From Candidatus Woesearchaeota archaeon (GTDB taxonomy: Archaea; Nanobdellota; Nanobdellia; Woesearchaeales; SKIA01): DNA of 64,000 bases. Below are positions 56,117 through 64,000 of the stretch, one piece after another (positions within the stretch are counted from its first letter, which is position 1; every line of letters begins with the position of its first letter). The notes beneath the pieces were generated by a model. The model did not search any database and was not told where the DNA came from. It saw only the letters and a program-made list of their open reading frames with translations. A program made the translations under genes and the position numbers. The stretch spans positions 79,381 through 143,380 of the forward strand of contig JBLKOP010000002.1 of NCBI GenBank assembly GCA_047602905.1, in the 5' to 3' direction.

Positions 56117-56910
56117 TGTTCTTCCTCCTCTTCACTACTCGTGCTTTCTTTGAGTGTATCTCCAAAGCGCTTCTTAAGTAGTTCTTTTGTTTCTTTGATG
56201 CCTGTGATCTTGTTTACGAACTTGTTCTTGACTGCTTCTCGCTGCACTTTAGCGATTGCTTCAATCTCGTCTCGTCCTTTCTTAATCGCTTCTACGATGA
56301 GCTTCTGGTCTGTTAGTCCGTCCATTTGTAGCAGAGTAATCTCTCCTGTACTAGGAATAACTGCTATTGGTATGTCCGCTACTTCTCCATCAAAGTGCTC
56401 TTCTTCTCCGTCTAAGTCAATAACGATTTCTCCGTCTAGGTGACCTACTGCTACTGCGCTTACGAGGTCTTTCATTTTTATGCCTGCGTCTGCAAGCGCG
56501 ATAGCTGCTGCGCAGATACCTGCGCATCTGCTTCCTGCGTCTGTCTCGGTGAATTCGATGTGTACGTCAACTACGGTATTTGGAAAGTCTGTTAGGTCTA
56601 CTACAGGGCTTAAAGCGTTCTCTGTTACCATGCTGATCTCTTGGCTTCGCCGGTTTGGTCCTGGGCGTCCTCTGCCTCCTGGTCCGCTGTACGGGAGCAT
56701 GTTGTAGTGGCAGCGTAGAATTCCTGTTTTTGGGTCTTGCATGAAGCGTGGGTGTAGTTCTTGTGGTCCGTACACTGCCGCGTATGCGGTGCTGTCTCCT
56801 ATGGTGAAGCGTGCGCTTCCGTCTGCTTTAGGAATGATGCCTGCTTCTGCAGTGATTTTTCTTGTTTCATTCCATTTTCTTCCGTCGTGTCTTGTTAGTG
56901 TTTTAGCCAT
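56113..56910 (-). CDS. rrp41: Exosome complex exonuclease Rrp41 (RNase PH)
   Basis: RHDGRKWNETRKI...ADGSARFTIGDSTAYAAVYGPQE, plus an acidic tail. Confidence 0.9.
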   Translation of the reverse strand: MAKTLTRHDGRKWNETRKITAEAGIIPKADGSARFTIGDSTAYAAVYGPQELHPRFMQDPKTGILRCHYNMLPYSGPGGRGRPGPNRRSQEISMVTENALSPVVDLTDFPNTVVDVHIEFTETDAGSRCAGICAAAIALADAGIKMKDLVSAVAVGHLDGEIVIDLDGEEEHFDGEVADIPIAVIPSTGEITLLQMDGLTDQKLIVEAIKKGRDEIEAIAKVQREAVKNKFVNKITGIKETKELLKKRFGDTLKESTSSEEEEEQ

Positions 56911-56911
56911 T

Positions 56912-57613
56912 TTATTCTACCTCTTTACCTGTGAGTTCTTCAAGCAGGCTTTTGATTTCTTCGGTGAGTCCTGGTAAGTGGCTGTTTTTTTCTATGAGCC
57001 GTATGGTTTGTATTGCAAGCACTTCTTTTGCTGGTGCTCCTTTAATCCATATTACGCCGTTTTGTCCTACTGTTATGTCGCAGTCGCATCCTTTTTTTAG
57101 CATGCGTACCATGCTTCCTCTTGCTCCGATGATTCGAGGGACTTTTTGTGCGTCTACGTGGATGATTGTTCCTCCAGTGAGTTTGTGCAGTCCTGGTCCT
57201 CGAACGCTTACGTCTACGAGGTTTTGACTCGTTACTTGCACTACTTTTGCGCTTACCCAATCATCTAGGGCGAAGTATCTTGTTAGGTCTTCTCCTCGTT
57301 TGATGTACTCGTTAGTTGCTTCTTTTAGTCCAAGTACTGCGTCTACCATTGTGTGTAAGTCTACTCTCCATCCGCTCATGAGCACGTCGCTGATTCGTCC
57401 AATGACTGTGTCTCCTTTCTTTGGCAGGTATCTTCCTGCAAGTGGTATGGTCTTAATGACTTTTCCGTCTATCTGTACTAGTCCTATTCTGTTTGCTCGA
57501 ATAGCGTCGTCTTGTCTGTACGTTCCTTTACTTGGTAGGTACTCTAATCCTGTTGCGAGGATTTCTCCGGGGACGACAACTGCCCGATCTTGTGTATGTA
57601 GTTTTGCTGTCAT
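56912..57613 (-). CDS. rrp4: Exosome RNA-binding subunit Rrp4 (N-terminal plus S1 plus KH)
   Basis: S1 domain (PKKGDTVIGRISDV...WRVDL) and a C-terminal KH. Confidence 0.85.
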   Translation of the reverse strand: MTAKLHTQDRAVVVPGEILATGLEYLPSKGTYRQDDAIRANRIGLVQIDGKVIKTIPLAGRYLPKKGDTVIGRISDVLMSGWRVDLHTMVDAVLGLKEATNEYIKRGEDLTRYFALDDWVSAKVVQVTSQNLVDVSVRGPGLHKLTGGTIIHVDAQKVPRIIGARGSMVRMLKKGCDCDITVGQNGVIWIKGAPAKEVLAIQTIRLIEKNSHLPGLTEEIKSLLEELTGKEVE

Positions 57614-57615
57614 AA

Positions 57616-58338
57616 TTATTTTTTCTCTATTTTTGTTATCTCAACTGTTCCGTGGGTTTTACTTGCTAGTTCGTCAACTAAGTCGTTGTATCTTCCTGCT
57701 GGTAACTCCACTTTTGCTGCTAGTGTTCCGTCGTTTAGCCACTGTTCTTGTTGTAGCGTTCCGTACTTGGTGAGTGTCGCGTAGCATTTGCCTGCGTACT
57801 CACTGGGTAGGTGGATGTCTGCTATGAACGTTGTGAAAGTAATGGGTATGATTGGTCGAAGTGCTTTGAGTGCTTCTTGTACGTGGTCTTCTGCTGTTCT
57901 GAACTCGTCTATGCGAAAGCGCGCTTCTTGTAGTGCGTTCTTAATTCTTTCTTGTGGGTGCACAACTCCTGTTTGGGGGTTTATGGCGTTGATATGGATG
58001 ATGTGTACGAGTTTGTTGCGTTTGTTTTCTCTGATTCGTTCTCGATGCTCTGCGGTGAGTTGTATCTCTCCTTTCTCAAGAATAATTTTTGCGATTGCTT
58101 CTTTGTTTTCTGTCTCAAAAACGGCTTTCATGTGTTCTTCGCTTGCAAGCTCTCCTTTGTTTGCGTCAGCATAAATTTCTGGTGCTCGCAGTACTTCTCG
58201 TAACTCAGTGGTTGTTGTTTCTTTGTACTCGACTGCTTTGTCTGGGTCTACGACTACCTCGAAGTTCTCTCCTCCTTTCTTGAGGCGAGCAACGTTTAGG
58301 CTTACTCGTTCTTTCTCGTACGTGGGTCCTCCTCTCAT
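57616..58338 (-). CDS. sdo1: SBDS/Sdo1 ribosome maturation protein
   Basis: VARLKKGGENFEVVVDPDKA (FYSH domain start) and 240 aa. Confidence 0.8.
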   Translation of the reverse strand: MRGGPTYEKERVSLNVARLKKGGENFEVVVDPDKAVEYKETTTTELREVLRAPEIYADANKGELASEEHMKAVFETENKEAIAKIILEKGEIQLTAEHRERIRENKRNKLVHIIHINAINPQTGVVHPQERIKNALQEARFRIDEFRTAEDHVQEALKALRPIIPITFTTFIADIHLPSEYAGKCYATLTKYGTLQQEQWLNDGTLAAKVELPAGRYNDLVDELASKTHGTVEITKIEKK

Positions 58339-59042
58339 AAGTGTTTTTTTAGTTCTTCATCTGTAAGAAACGTTGATTCCATGTTGTTGCTTACTAGCGC
58401 GCAGTCTACTCGGTCTACGCTTAGGTCTTCTCCTAGTACGGTTTTAAGCACTTCAAACGCGAGCGCTACTCCTTGCTGTAAACTCATGTTATCTTTGTGT
58501 TTTTCTTTTAGTAATTGCATTGCTTCTTCTGCTTTTTCTCCTAGCGCGCATGCTTTGTATTGGTGGTATACTCCTACGGGGTCTGTGCTGTAGAGTTTTA
58601 CTCCGTCTTTATCTACTCCTGCTATGAGCATGGCTACTCCAAAGGGTCTCCAGCCTCCTCCTTGTGTTGTTTGTTGCATTAAGCTGCTGAGGTCTCGTAC
58701 TATGCTGATAACGTCTGTTGGGCTGTCAAAAGTTACTTTGTGTTGTTGTGCTCGTACTTGTGCTCGCTCCACGAGTACTCGTGCGTCCGGGATTATTCCG
58801 CTCGCAGTTGCTATGATGTGGTCGTCTATTGCAAAGATTTTTTCTACTGAGCTGCTAATTATTAAGTCGTCGTGTACTCGTTTGTCTGTGAGTAGGACTG
58901 CTCCTTCTTTGGTGCTTATTCCTATTGCTGTGCTTCCTTGCTTAACGGTTTTTTTTGCGTACTCTACTTGTAGTAGTCGCCCGTCTGGCGAGAACATTGT
59001 GATTGCCCGGTCGTATCCCATCATTTGGTGTTGTGTTTGCAT
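58335..59042 (-). CDS. psmA: Proteasome alpha subunit
   Basis: YDRAITMFSPDGRLLQVEYA N-terminal signature. Confidence 0.9.
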   Translation of the reverse strand: MQTQHQMMGYDRAITMFSPDGRLLQVEYAKKTVKQGSTAIGISTKEGAVLLTDKRVHDDLIISSSVEKIFAIDDHIIATASGIIPDARVLVERAQVRAQQHKVTFDSPTDVISIVRDLSSLMQQTTQGGGWRPFGVAMLIAGVDKDGVKLYSTDPVGVYHQYKACALGEKAEEAMQLLKEKHKDNMSLQQGVALAFEVLKTVLGEDLSVDRVDCALVSNNMESTFLTDEELKKHL

Positions 59043-59049
59043 CGTGATT

Positions 59050-59331
59050 TTATTGTTTGAGAAGTTTTCTTACTCCTTGTAGTGTTCCACTTGTTTTTAT
59101 GCTTTTTTTGTTGCTAAAAACCAGTGCTGCTTTGAGCTCGTCTACGCTGTTGTGTGCTACGCGAAGAATACTTTTTTGTTCTCTTTGCTCTACAGGTATT
59201 ATTCCTGCTTTTGCTGCTCCGTGTATTCCAAAGAGTTCTTTGTGCTTTTGTTGTACTTCCTCGTCTCCTGCTGGTTCGTATAGGATGTACCTTTTGCGTT
59301 CTTTGAGTGTGTTTTGAAACGGTGCTGTCAT
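59050..59331 (-). CDS. pop5: RNase P protein component Pop5 (Rpp14-like)
   Basis: KERKRYILYEP...ILRVAHNSVDELKAALVF...IKTSGTLQGVRK is collinear with archaeal Pop5. First gene of the superoperon. Confidence 0.6.
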   Translation of the reverse strand: MTAPFQNTLKERKRYILYEPAGDEEVQQKHKELFGIHGAAKAGIIPVEQREQKSILRVAHNSVDELKAALVFSNKKSIKTSGTLQGVRKLLKQ

Positions 59332-59442
59332 TGAGAATTGCTTGTTTTCCTCTGCTTTTTTTCTTCTCGTTAATCCCGAAGAAACACTTCTGCACTTAAA
59401 AAGGTTGTTGTGCGTGTTTTTTTTCTTCCTAAACGCTTCTTT

Positions 59443-60753
59443 TTAGAGGTGTTCTTGTATGAACGTCTCTACTTCTTCTTTTATTCGTGTGTATTCTTCT
59501 TGGTTTTGTGCTTCCCACGTAAAGCGCAGTAGTGGTTCGGTGTTTGATTTGCGAATAGAAAGCCACCAACTGGGTGTTTGTATGAATACTCCGTCTAGCT
59601 CGTCTACTTCTCCTTGTTTGCTAAACGTTTCTTTTGCTGCTTGCAGTGTTGCTTCTGGGTCTTGTACGCGGTAGTTTTGCTCGTTACTTCCTAGATACGC
59701 TTCTCGTATTGGAGTGATTGCTTCGTGTAGGTTTGTGTACTCTGCTAGTACTCGTAGTAAGCAGTACAGCGGCGCTTCTGCTCCGTGAAATTCTTTAAAC
59801 ATGATGTGTCCGCTCTTCTCTCCTCCTAATTCAAGATTGTGTTCTCTCATTGCTCGTTGCACGTTAGCGCTTCCTACCGCTACTCGGTGGTATGTGTGGT
59901 TGTGTTGTTTGCAAGCTTCTTTTACTGCGTTGCTGCAGTTAAGTGTTGCTGCTACTCCGCTGTTTGCAGGAAGTTTTTGTGTGAGAAGAGTAAGTAAGAA
60001 GTCTGCTTCTACTACTTCTCCTTTCTCATCTATAAGTACGAGTCTGTCCGCGTCTGCGTCTAGTACGCAGCCTACGCAGTTGTTCATCGCGCAGTAATCT
60101 CTGGCTGCTTCTGTGGCTGTTGGTTCTAGAGGGTTTGGTTCGTGCTCGCTAAAAGAAGGGTCTTCTTGGTCGTTGTATAGTGTGAAGTTGTACGCTCCTG
60201 TTGCTGCGAGTGCGCGTACTTCTTTGCATGCTGATCCTGCGCTAGGATCTAAGAACACTTCTTTTTCGCTGCTACTAAGTGCTAATCGTACGTTGGTAAT
60301 GTATTCTTCTGTGTAATCTTTTGTTTGTAGTGTTCCTGGAGTTGTTTGTACGGGTTTGTCTAGGTACGTTTTTAGTTCGTGCATGCCGTCTGCTTGTGCG
60401 TATGGTTTTGCTTGTTCAAGATAGAATTTGAATCCGTTATACTCTTTTGGGTTGTGACTGGCTGTTATCATAATTCCTGCTGGTAGGTTGTTGTTTGCTA
60501 CTATCCATTTGAGTTGTGCAGTGCTTGTTACTCCTGCGTCTATCACGTTGCAGCCTGCGTCAAGAAGTCCTTGTATTGTTTGTTGTGCGAGTTCAGGACT
60601 GTTTTTGCGTACGTCTCTGCTTACTACGCATGTCTGTAGTTGTTGGTGTTGTGCGTACGCGTTTCCTATGGCGTAGGCGAGTTCTTCTGTGATTTCTTCT
60701 CCGCTGATTCCGCGGATATCGTAGCTTTTGAATATGTTGTCGACGTTTTTCAT
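59443..60753 (-). CDS. Phosphomannomutase/phosphoglucomutase
   Basis: Active-site TASHNPKEYNGFK, metal-binding DADADR, and sugar-binding loop GGEKSGH. Start at MKNVDNIF. The upstream basic extension in the ORF track is not coding. Confidence 0.85.
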   Translation of the reverse strand: MKNVDNIFKSYDIRGISGEEITEELAYAIGNAYAQHQQLQTCVVSRDVRKNSPELAQQTIQGLLDAGCNVIDAGVTSTAQLKWIVANNNLPAGIMITASHNPKEYNGFKFYLEQAKPYAQADGMHELKTYLDKPVQTTPGTLQTKDYTEEYITNVRLALSSSEKEVFLDPSAGSACKEVRALAATGAYNFTLYNDQEDPSFSEHEPNPLEPTATEAARDYCAMNNCVGCVLDADADRLVLIDEKGEVVEADFLLTLLTQKLPANSGVAATLNCSNAVKEACKQHNHTYHRVAVGSANVQRAMREHNLELGGEKSGHIMFKEFHGAEAPLYCLLRVLAEYTNLHEAITPIREAYLGSNEQNYRVQDPEATLQAAKETFSKQGEVDELDGVFIQTPSWWLSIRKSNTEPLLRFTWEAQNQEEYTRIKEEVETFIQEHL

Positions 60754-61496
60754 AAGTGCTTGTATTCTCCTGAGAACGGGTATCCGTAGAGGTTGTCTGT
60801 TTGTGTGAGTTTGGGAAAGAGGTCTGTTTCTAGGGTTGCGTACCCTTCTGGTATGAGTTCTAGTGCTTCTGGTTGCATGATGTAGCATCCTGCGCTGATG
60901 AGGTTGCTGGGCGCTTTTTGGCTTGGTTTTTCTATGAACGTAATGATTTTGTTTCCGTTTAGTAGCGCTACTCCGTATTTTTCTGGGTTGTTTGTTGTTG
61001 TTAGTGCTATGCTGCATAGCCCTGCGTGGCTTGTGTGAAAGGCGTACATGTCTTGTAGGGAGAGTTCTTTGTAGTCGTCTGCGTTGAGTACAAGAAAGCT
61101 TGTTTCTATGTAGGGGCTTGCTAGGTGTAGTGCTCCTGCTGTTCCTAGTGGAGTTGTTTCTGTGAGGTAGCGTATTTCTTCGTATTCGGGTATTGTTTCT
61201 TGGAGTTGTTGGGGTTTGCTGGTGATGATGTAGATGTTTTGTACTCCTGCTTGTAGGAGTAGTTCTATGTTGTGTTGGAGTATTGGTTGTTCTTTGTGTT
61301 TGCTGAGTACTCGTTGTATTTGTGTTTCTCTGCTTCCTGCAAGGATTATTGCTGTTTCTGGTATGCTTCCTCGTAGCGCTTCTCGCAGCAGTAGTTCTAC
61401 TGCGTGGCTTCGGTTGCGAATAGTGTTTTGGTCTACTCGAGCGTCTACTTGTCGTAGTACTGATGCTTCTATGGTTAAGGTCACTCGCTCTTTCAT
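60750..61496 (-). CDS. Sugar-1-phosphate nucleotidyltransferase domain with an N-terminal ribbon-helix-helix-like extension; degenerate G-loop
   Basis: The N-terminal ~45 aa (VTLTIEASVLRQVDARV...RSHAVELLLREAL) match the RHH strand-helix-helix pattern. Then AIILAGSRETQ (where the canonical motif is LAGGxGTRL) ... LGTAGAL ... an NTP-transferase fold. ATGA-coupled to the PMM/PGM gene. Confidence 0.6.
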   Translation of the reverse strand: MKERVTLTIEASVLRQVDARVDQNTIRNRSHAVELLLREALRGSIPETAIILAGSRETQIQRVLSKHKEQPILQHNIELLLQAGVQNIYIITSKPQQLQETIPEYEEIRYLTETTPLGTAGALHLASPYIETSFLVLNADDYKELSLQDMYAFHTSHAGLCSIALTTTNNPEKYGVALLNGNKIITFIEKPSQKAPSNLISAGCYIMQPEALELIPEGYATLETDLFPKLTQTDNLYGYPFSGEYKHL

Positions 61497-61521
61497 ACCT
61501 TATCGTATTTCGCTTGTTGTT

Positions 61522-62784
61522 TTAAGTATTTCGTAACTCTGCTCGTATATCGTCTCGTGTACAGCTCGTTACGAGCACTTCTTGTGTGGTTGCTAGGAGG
61601 TCTTTGTTTGTTTGTACAATGACTGGTATGTAGTTGTTACTTCGTCCTACGTAGCTATAAGGGTTTTTTTCTACGAAACGAGCAAGTATTGTTTCTCCTA
61701 CGTACTTTTTTCGTTGCTGTGTAAAGAGTTCGCTCTCAAAGAGGTCTGTTACTTCTTTGCTTCGTTGTTTTTTTATTTCGCTTGGGAGTTGTTTGAGTTC
61801 TGCTGCTTTTGTGTCTGGGCGCGCGTAGAACTTACTAATGTTGATTACGGGAAAGCGCAGTTCTTTGATGAGTTGTAGGGTTGCTTGGTGGTCTTCTTGG
61901 GTTTCTGTTGGGTAGCCGCAGATAATGTCTGTTGCTATGGTTATTTCCGGTATTTCTTCTCGAAAGCGTTTGACTATGTGTCTGATGTCCTCAGCGCTGC
62001 AGCGTCTTCCCATGTGTTTGAGTACTGCGTCACTGCCGCTTTGTATGGGTAGGTGTAGGAACTTGTAGATTTTTGGGTGTTTATACGCTTGTATGAGTGC
62101 TTCTAAGTGAACCTTCGTCCAGTCAGGATTTGTCATTCCAAAGCGTATCATGAAGTCTCCTTCTAAATTGGCTATTCTTGTTAGGAGTTCTGCGCAGTTC
62201 GTTTGTATGTCCATCCCGTACGCTCCGTTGTCTTGGCTGGTTAGCCAGAGTTCTTGTACTCCTTGTGCTATTGCTTCTTCGCACTGTTTTTGTATGTCCA
62301 TTGGTCGGTAGCTAGTTAGGTTTCCTCGTGCTTGTTTTGTCTTACAGTACGTGCACACGGAGAGGCATCCTGCGCATATAGGAACTATTTCTACAAGTGG
62401 GTTGAGTCGTTTTTTTGGGAGGTTGAGGCGTCCTTCGTCTTGTGCTTCTAAGAAGTGTATCTTGTTTCCTCTTGCTGCGTGCTCGACTATCTCTGCTGTT
62501 TGTTGTAGGTTTTCTGTTCCAAGTAATGGGTAGTCTTTTAGGAGTCCTTGCTTGTCTGCTTGTGGGATGCAGCCGGCTATGACTACGGGTTTTTGTTGTT
62601 TTTTGAGCTTGCTTAAAAACTTGTCTTGAGAGGGGTCTTTTACGGTGCACGTGTTGTAGATGATCACGTCTGCTTGTGTTTCTTTCTCTACTATTTCGTG
62701 ACCTGCTGCTTGCAAGTTTCCCATCATCGTCTCGCTATCTGCGTGATTCAGGCTGCAGCCGTAGGTTTTGATATGTACTTTCAT
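61522..62784 (-). CDS. Radical-SAM methylthiotransferase, MiaB-like archaeal/eukaryotic type (e-MtaB/CDKAL1-like)
   Basis: MTTase N-domain (3 Cys), radical SAM CAGCLSVCTYC, and a C-terminal TRAM domain. Confidence 0.85.
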   Translation of the reverse strand: MKVHIKTYGCSLNHADSETMMGNLQAAGHEIVEKETQADVIIYNTCTVKDPSQDKFLSKLKKQQKPVVIAGCIPQADKQGLLKDYPLLGTENLQQTAEIVEHAARGNKIHFLEAQDEGRLNLPKKRLNPLVEIVPICAGCLSVCTYCKTKQARGNLTSYRPMDIQKQCEEAIAQGVQELWLTSQDNGAYGMDIQTNCAELLTRIANLEGDFMIRFGMTNPDWTKVHLEALIQAYKHPKIYKFLHLPIQSGSDAVLKHMGRRCSAEDIRHIVKRFREEIPEITIATDIICGYPTETQEDHQATLQLIKELRFPVINISKFYARPDTKAAELKQLPSEIKKQRSKEVTDLFESELFTQQRKKYVGETILARFVEKNPYSYVGRSNNYIPVIVQTNKDLLATTQEVLVTSCTRDDIRAELRNT

Positions 62785-62858
62785 ATGTTTTCGTACCTAC
62801 CGAAAAAGAGCAACCTTTATAAATATCTGTGTGGGTGTTGTTCTTAGGAGAGCCCCTA

Positions 62859-63257
62859 ATGGTACGAAAACTATTTTCAAGCATAAAGAAACAATTTGAT
62901 GTGTCTTCACAAGACGTCGTTGGCGTTGAGGAGCAGTACGTAGAGCTTTCTTCTGTTGGCAGCAGGCAAAGTGCGAACTCAAAAATTATTGTTCGTCCAT
63001 TCGTCTTAGAAGATTTCTCTGACGTTAAAGCTATTGTTGATGTCATGCGAGAAGGATACACTATCGCTCTTGTTAACATCGCTCCTTTAAAAGAGAAGGA
63101 CGTTGTTGAGCTAAAGCGCGCTATTAACAAACTCAAAAAGACTGTTGATGCAGTTGATGGGGATATCGCTGGTTTTAGTGATGATTACATCATCGTCGCT
63201 CCTAGCTACGCAGAGATTTATCGTGCTTCTGCTGCTGGGGATGAAGATTTCGAATAA
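62859..63257 (+). CDS. sepF: Cell division protein SepF (FtsZ membrane anchor)
   Basis: IVRPFVLEDFSDVKAIVDVMREGYTIALVNIAPLKEKDVVELKRAINKLKKTVDAVDGDIAGFSDDYIIVAP matches the SepF/DUF552 core. AGGAG lies 8 nt upstream of the ATG. Confidence 0.75.
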   Translation: MVRKLFSSIKKQFDVSSQDVVGVEEQYVELSSVGSRQSANSKIIVRPFVLEDFSDVKAIVDVMREGYTIALVNIAPLKEKDVVELKRAINKLKKTVDAVDGDIAGFSDDYIIVAPSYAEIYRASAAGDEDFE

Positions 63258-63318
63258 ATTTTTTTTCTTAACTTTTTTTTCCACAACGCATTTAAACACA
63301 AGTCTCTGTGTTAATACT

Positions 63319-63828
63319 ATGAGTTCAGACGTTGAGGTTTTAGAAGGAGAAAGATGCCCTATTTGTATGAAGGAAACGCTTACTTTGCGCGAGCAATCAA
63401 TGGATATACCGTATTTTGGTCTCACGCATATCTTTAGTATGGATTGCTCTAATTGCGGGTATCGCGTTGCTGATGTGGAGAGTGATGAGCAAAGAAAGCC
63501 TGTTAAGCAATCGTTTACTATTGAGTCAGAAGCTGATTTGTCTGTGCGTGTTATTAAGAGTTCTTCTGCTACTATTAAGATTCCTCGTATGGTCTCTATT
63601 GAGGGTGGACAAACAGATAGTGAGGGGTACATAACAAATATTGAGGGCTTGCTGAATCGTTTTAAAGCGGTTCTCGAGGAGCTTAAGCAAGATGATGATA
63701 AAGCGGTTGCGAAGAAAGCAAAGAATCATTTGAAGCGTTTACAGAAGGTCTTGTGGGGTCAGGAGTCCTTAACAATTACTCTTGAGGATAAGACTGGTAA
63801 CTCAATGATCGTTACTGATAAAGAATAA
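63319..63828 (+). CDS. ZPR1-type zinc-finger protein (archaeal single-module ZPR1)
   Basis: CPICMKET...MDIPYFG...CSNCGYR is a CxxC...CxxC ZPR1 zinc finger, followed by the ZPR1 A-domain beta fold. Confidence 0.7.
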   Translation: MSSDVEVLEGERCPICMKETLTLREQSMDIPYFGLTHIFSMDCSNCGYRVADVESDEQRKPVKQSFTIESEADLSVRVIKSSSATIKIPRMVSIEGGQTDSEGYITNIEGLLNRFKAVLEELKQDDDKAVAKKAKNHLKRLQKVLWGQESLTITLEDKTGNSMIVTDKE

Positions 63829-63860
63829 GTAGAAAAAAAATATTTTATTTTTGTTTGTAT

Positions 63861-64000
63861 TTATGCTGCTTCGTCTAGTGATGCTAAGCCTTCATCAGAT
63901 TCACTTGCTGCTTGCTTAACATTTACTGCTCGAGGTCCTCGGTCGCTTTCTTCTGCGTCAAAGGTTACTTTGTCGTTCTCATCTGGAACAAACCCGTCCT
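63861..64000 (-). CDS. Cold-shock-domain protein (3-prime part only, with an acidic C-terminal extension; runs off the window end)
   Basis: Minus-strand frame ...DGFVPDENDKVTFDAEESDRGPRAVNVKQAASESDEGLASLDEAA* is Csp-like (cf. Q.VEFEIT.GAKGPSAANV). Confidence 0.5.
   Translation of the reverse strand, partial: DGFVPDENDKVTFDAEESDRGPRAVNVKQAASESDEGLASLDEAA

Noticed and set aside
1-64000. CRISPR arrays, rRNA genes, integrases, transposases, IS elements
   Set aside because: No regularly spaced direct repeats, no rRNA-like conserved stretches, and no ORF with integrase (R-H-R-Y) or DDE transposase motifs were seen.

Overview
The window reads as archaeal chromosome with low-to-moderate GC, purine-rich coding strands, and dense, often overlapping genes.

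Housekeeping content that can be named with confidence: the archaeal exosome superoperon on the minus strand (pop5-psmA-sdo1-rrp4-rrp41-rrp42-rpoK, 55158-59331) and a second conserved block (rpl37ae-rpoP-pcc1-pfdB, 21797-22621). Also present are aIF5B, an archaeal-type TyrRS close to the Methanocaldococcus enzyme, Cbf5, ATP-dependent DNA ligase, an XPD/Rad3 helicase, a DEAD-box helicase, a grpE-dnaK-dnaJ operon, a LivKHMGF-type branched-chain amino-acid ABC transporter, SepF, a ZPR1 zinc-finger protein, an e-MtaB/MiaB-like radical-SAM methylthiotransferase, and a PMM/PGM plus sugar nucleotidyltransferase pair. One tRNA-Pro(UGG) lies at 1512-1584 with an HNH-motif gene flush against its 3-prime end.

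Accessory and unusual content, in the order I would look at it:
- A strongly structured ~400-nt intergenic region (36236-36656) with a cloverleaf-like multi-helix fold and a perfect UUCG-capped hairpin. I flag it as a candidate undescribed ncRNA.
- An overlapping coiled-coil protein plus Vps4/meiotic-clade AAA ATPase pair (28730-30804), a candidate ESCRT-like module.
- An AT-rich island (about 7.1-10.5 kb) with unrecognisable genes, one carrying RtcB-like metal-site motifs and one an AadA-like nucleotidyltransferase.
- A giant S8 protease with ~7 sequon-rich tandem repeats, and a surface protein with four DPDGD repeats.
- A solitary RelE-like toxin, an in-frame-TAG interrupted ORF, a decayed SDR gene remnant, a three-GNAT cluster, a tandem Lrp fusion, and a heat-shock operon with a palindromic operator beside a divergent wHTH regulator.

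No CRISPR array, rRNA, integrase or transposase was seen.
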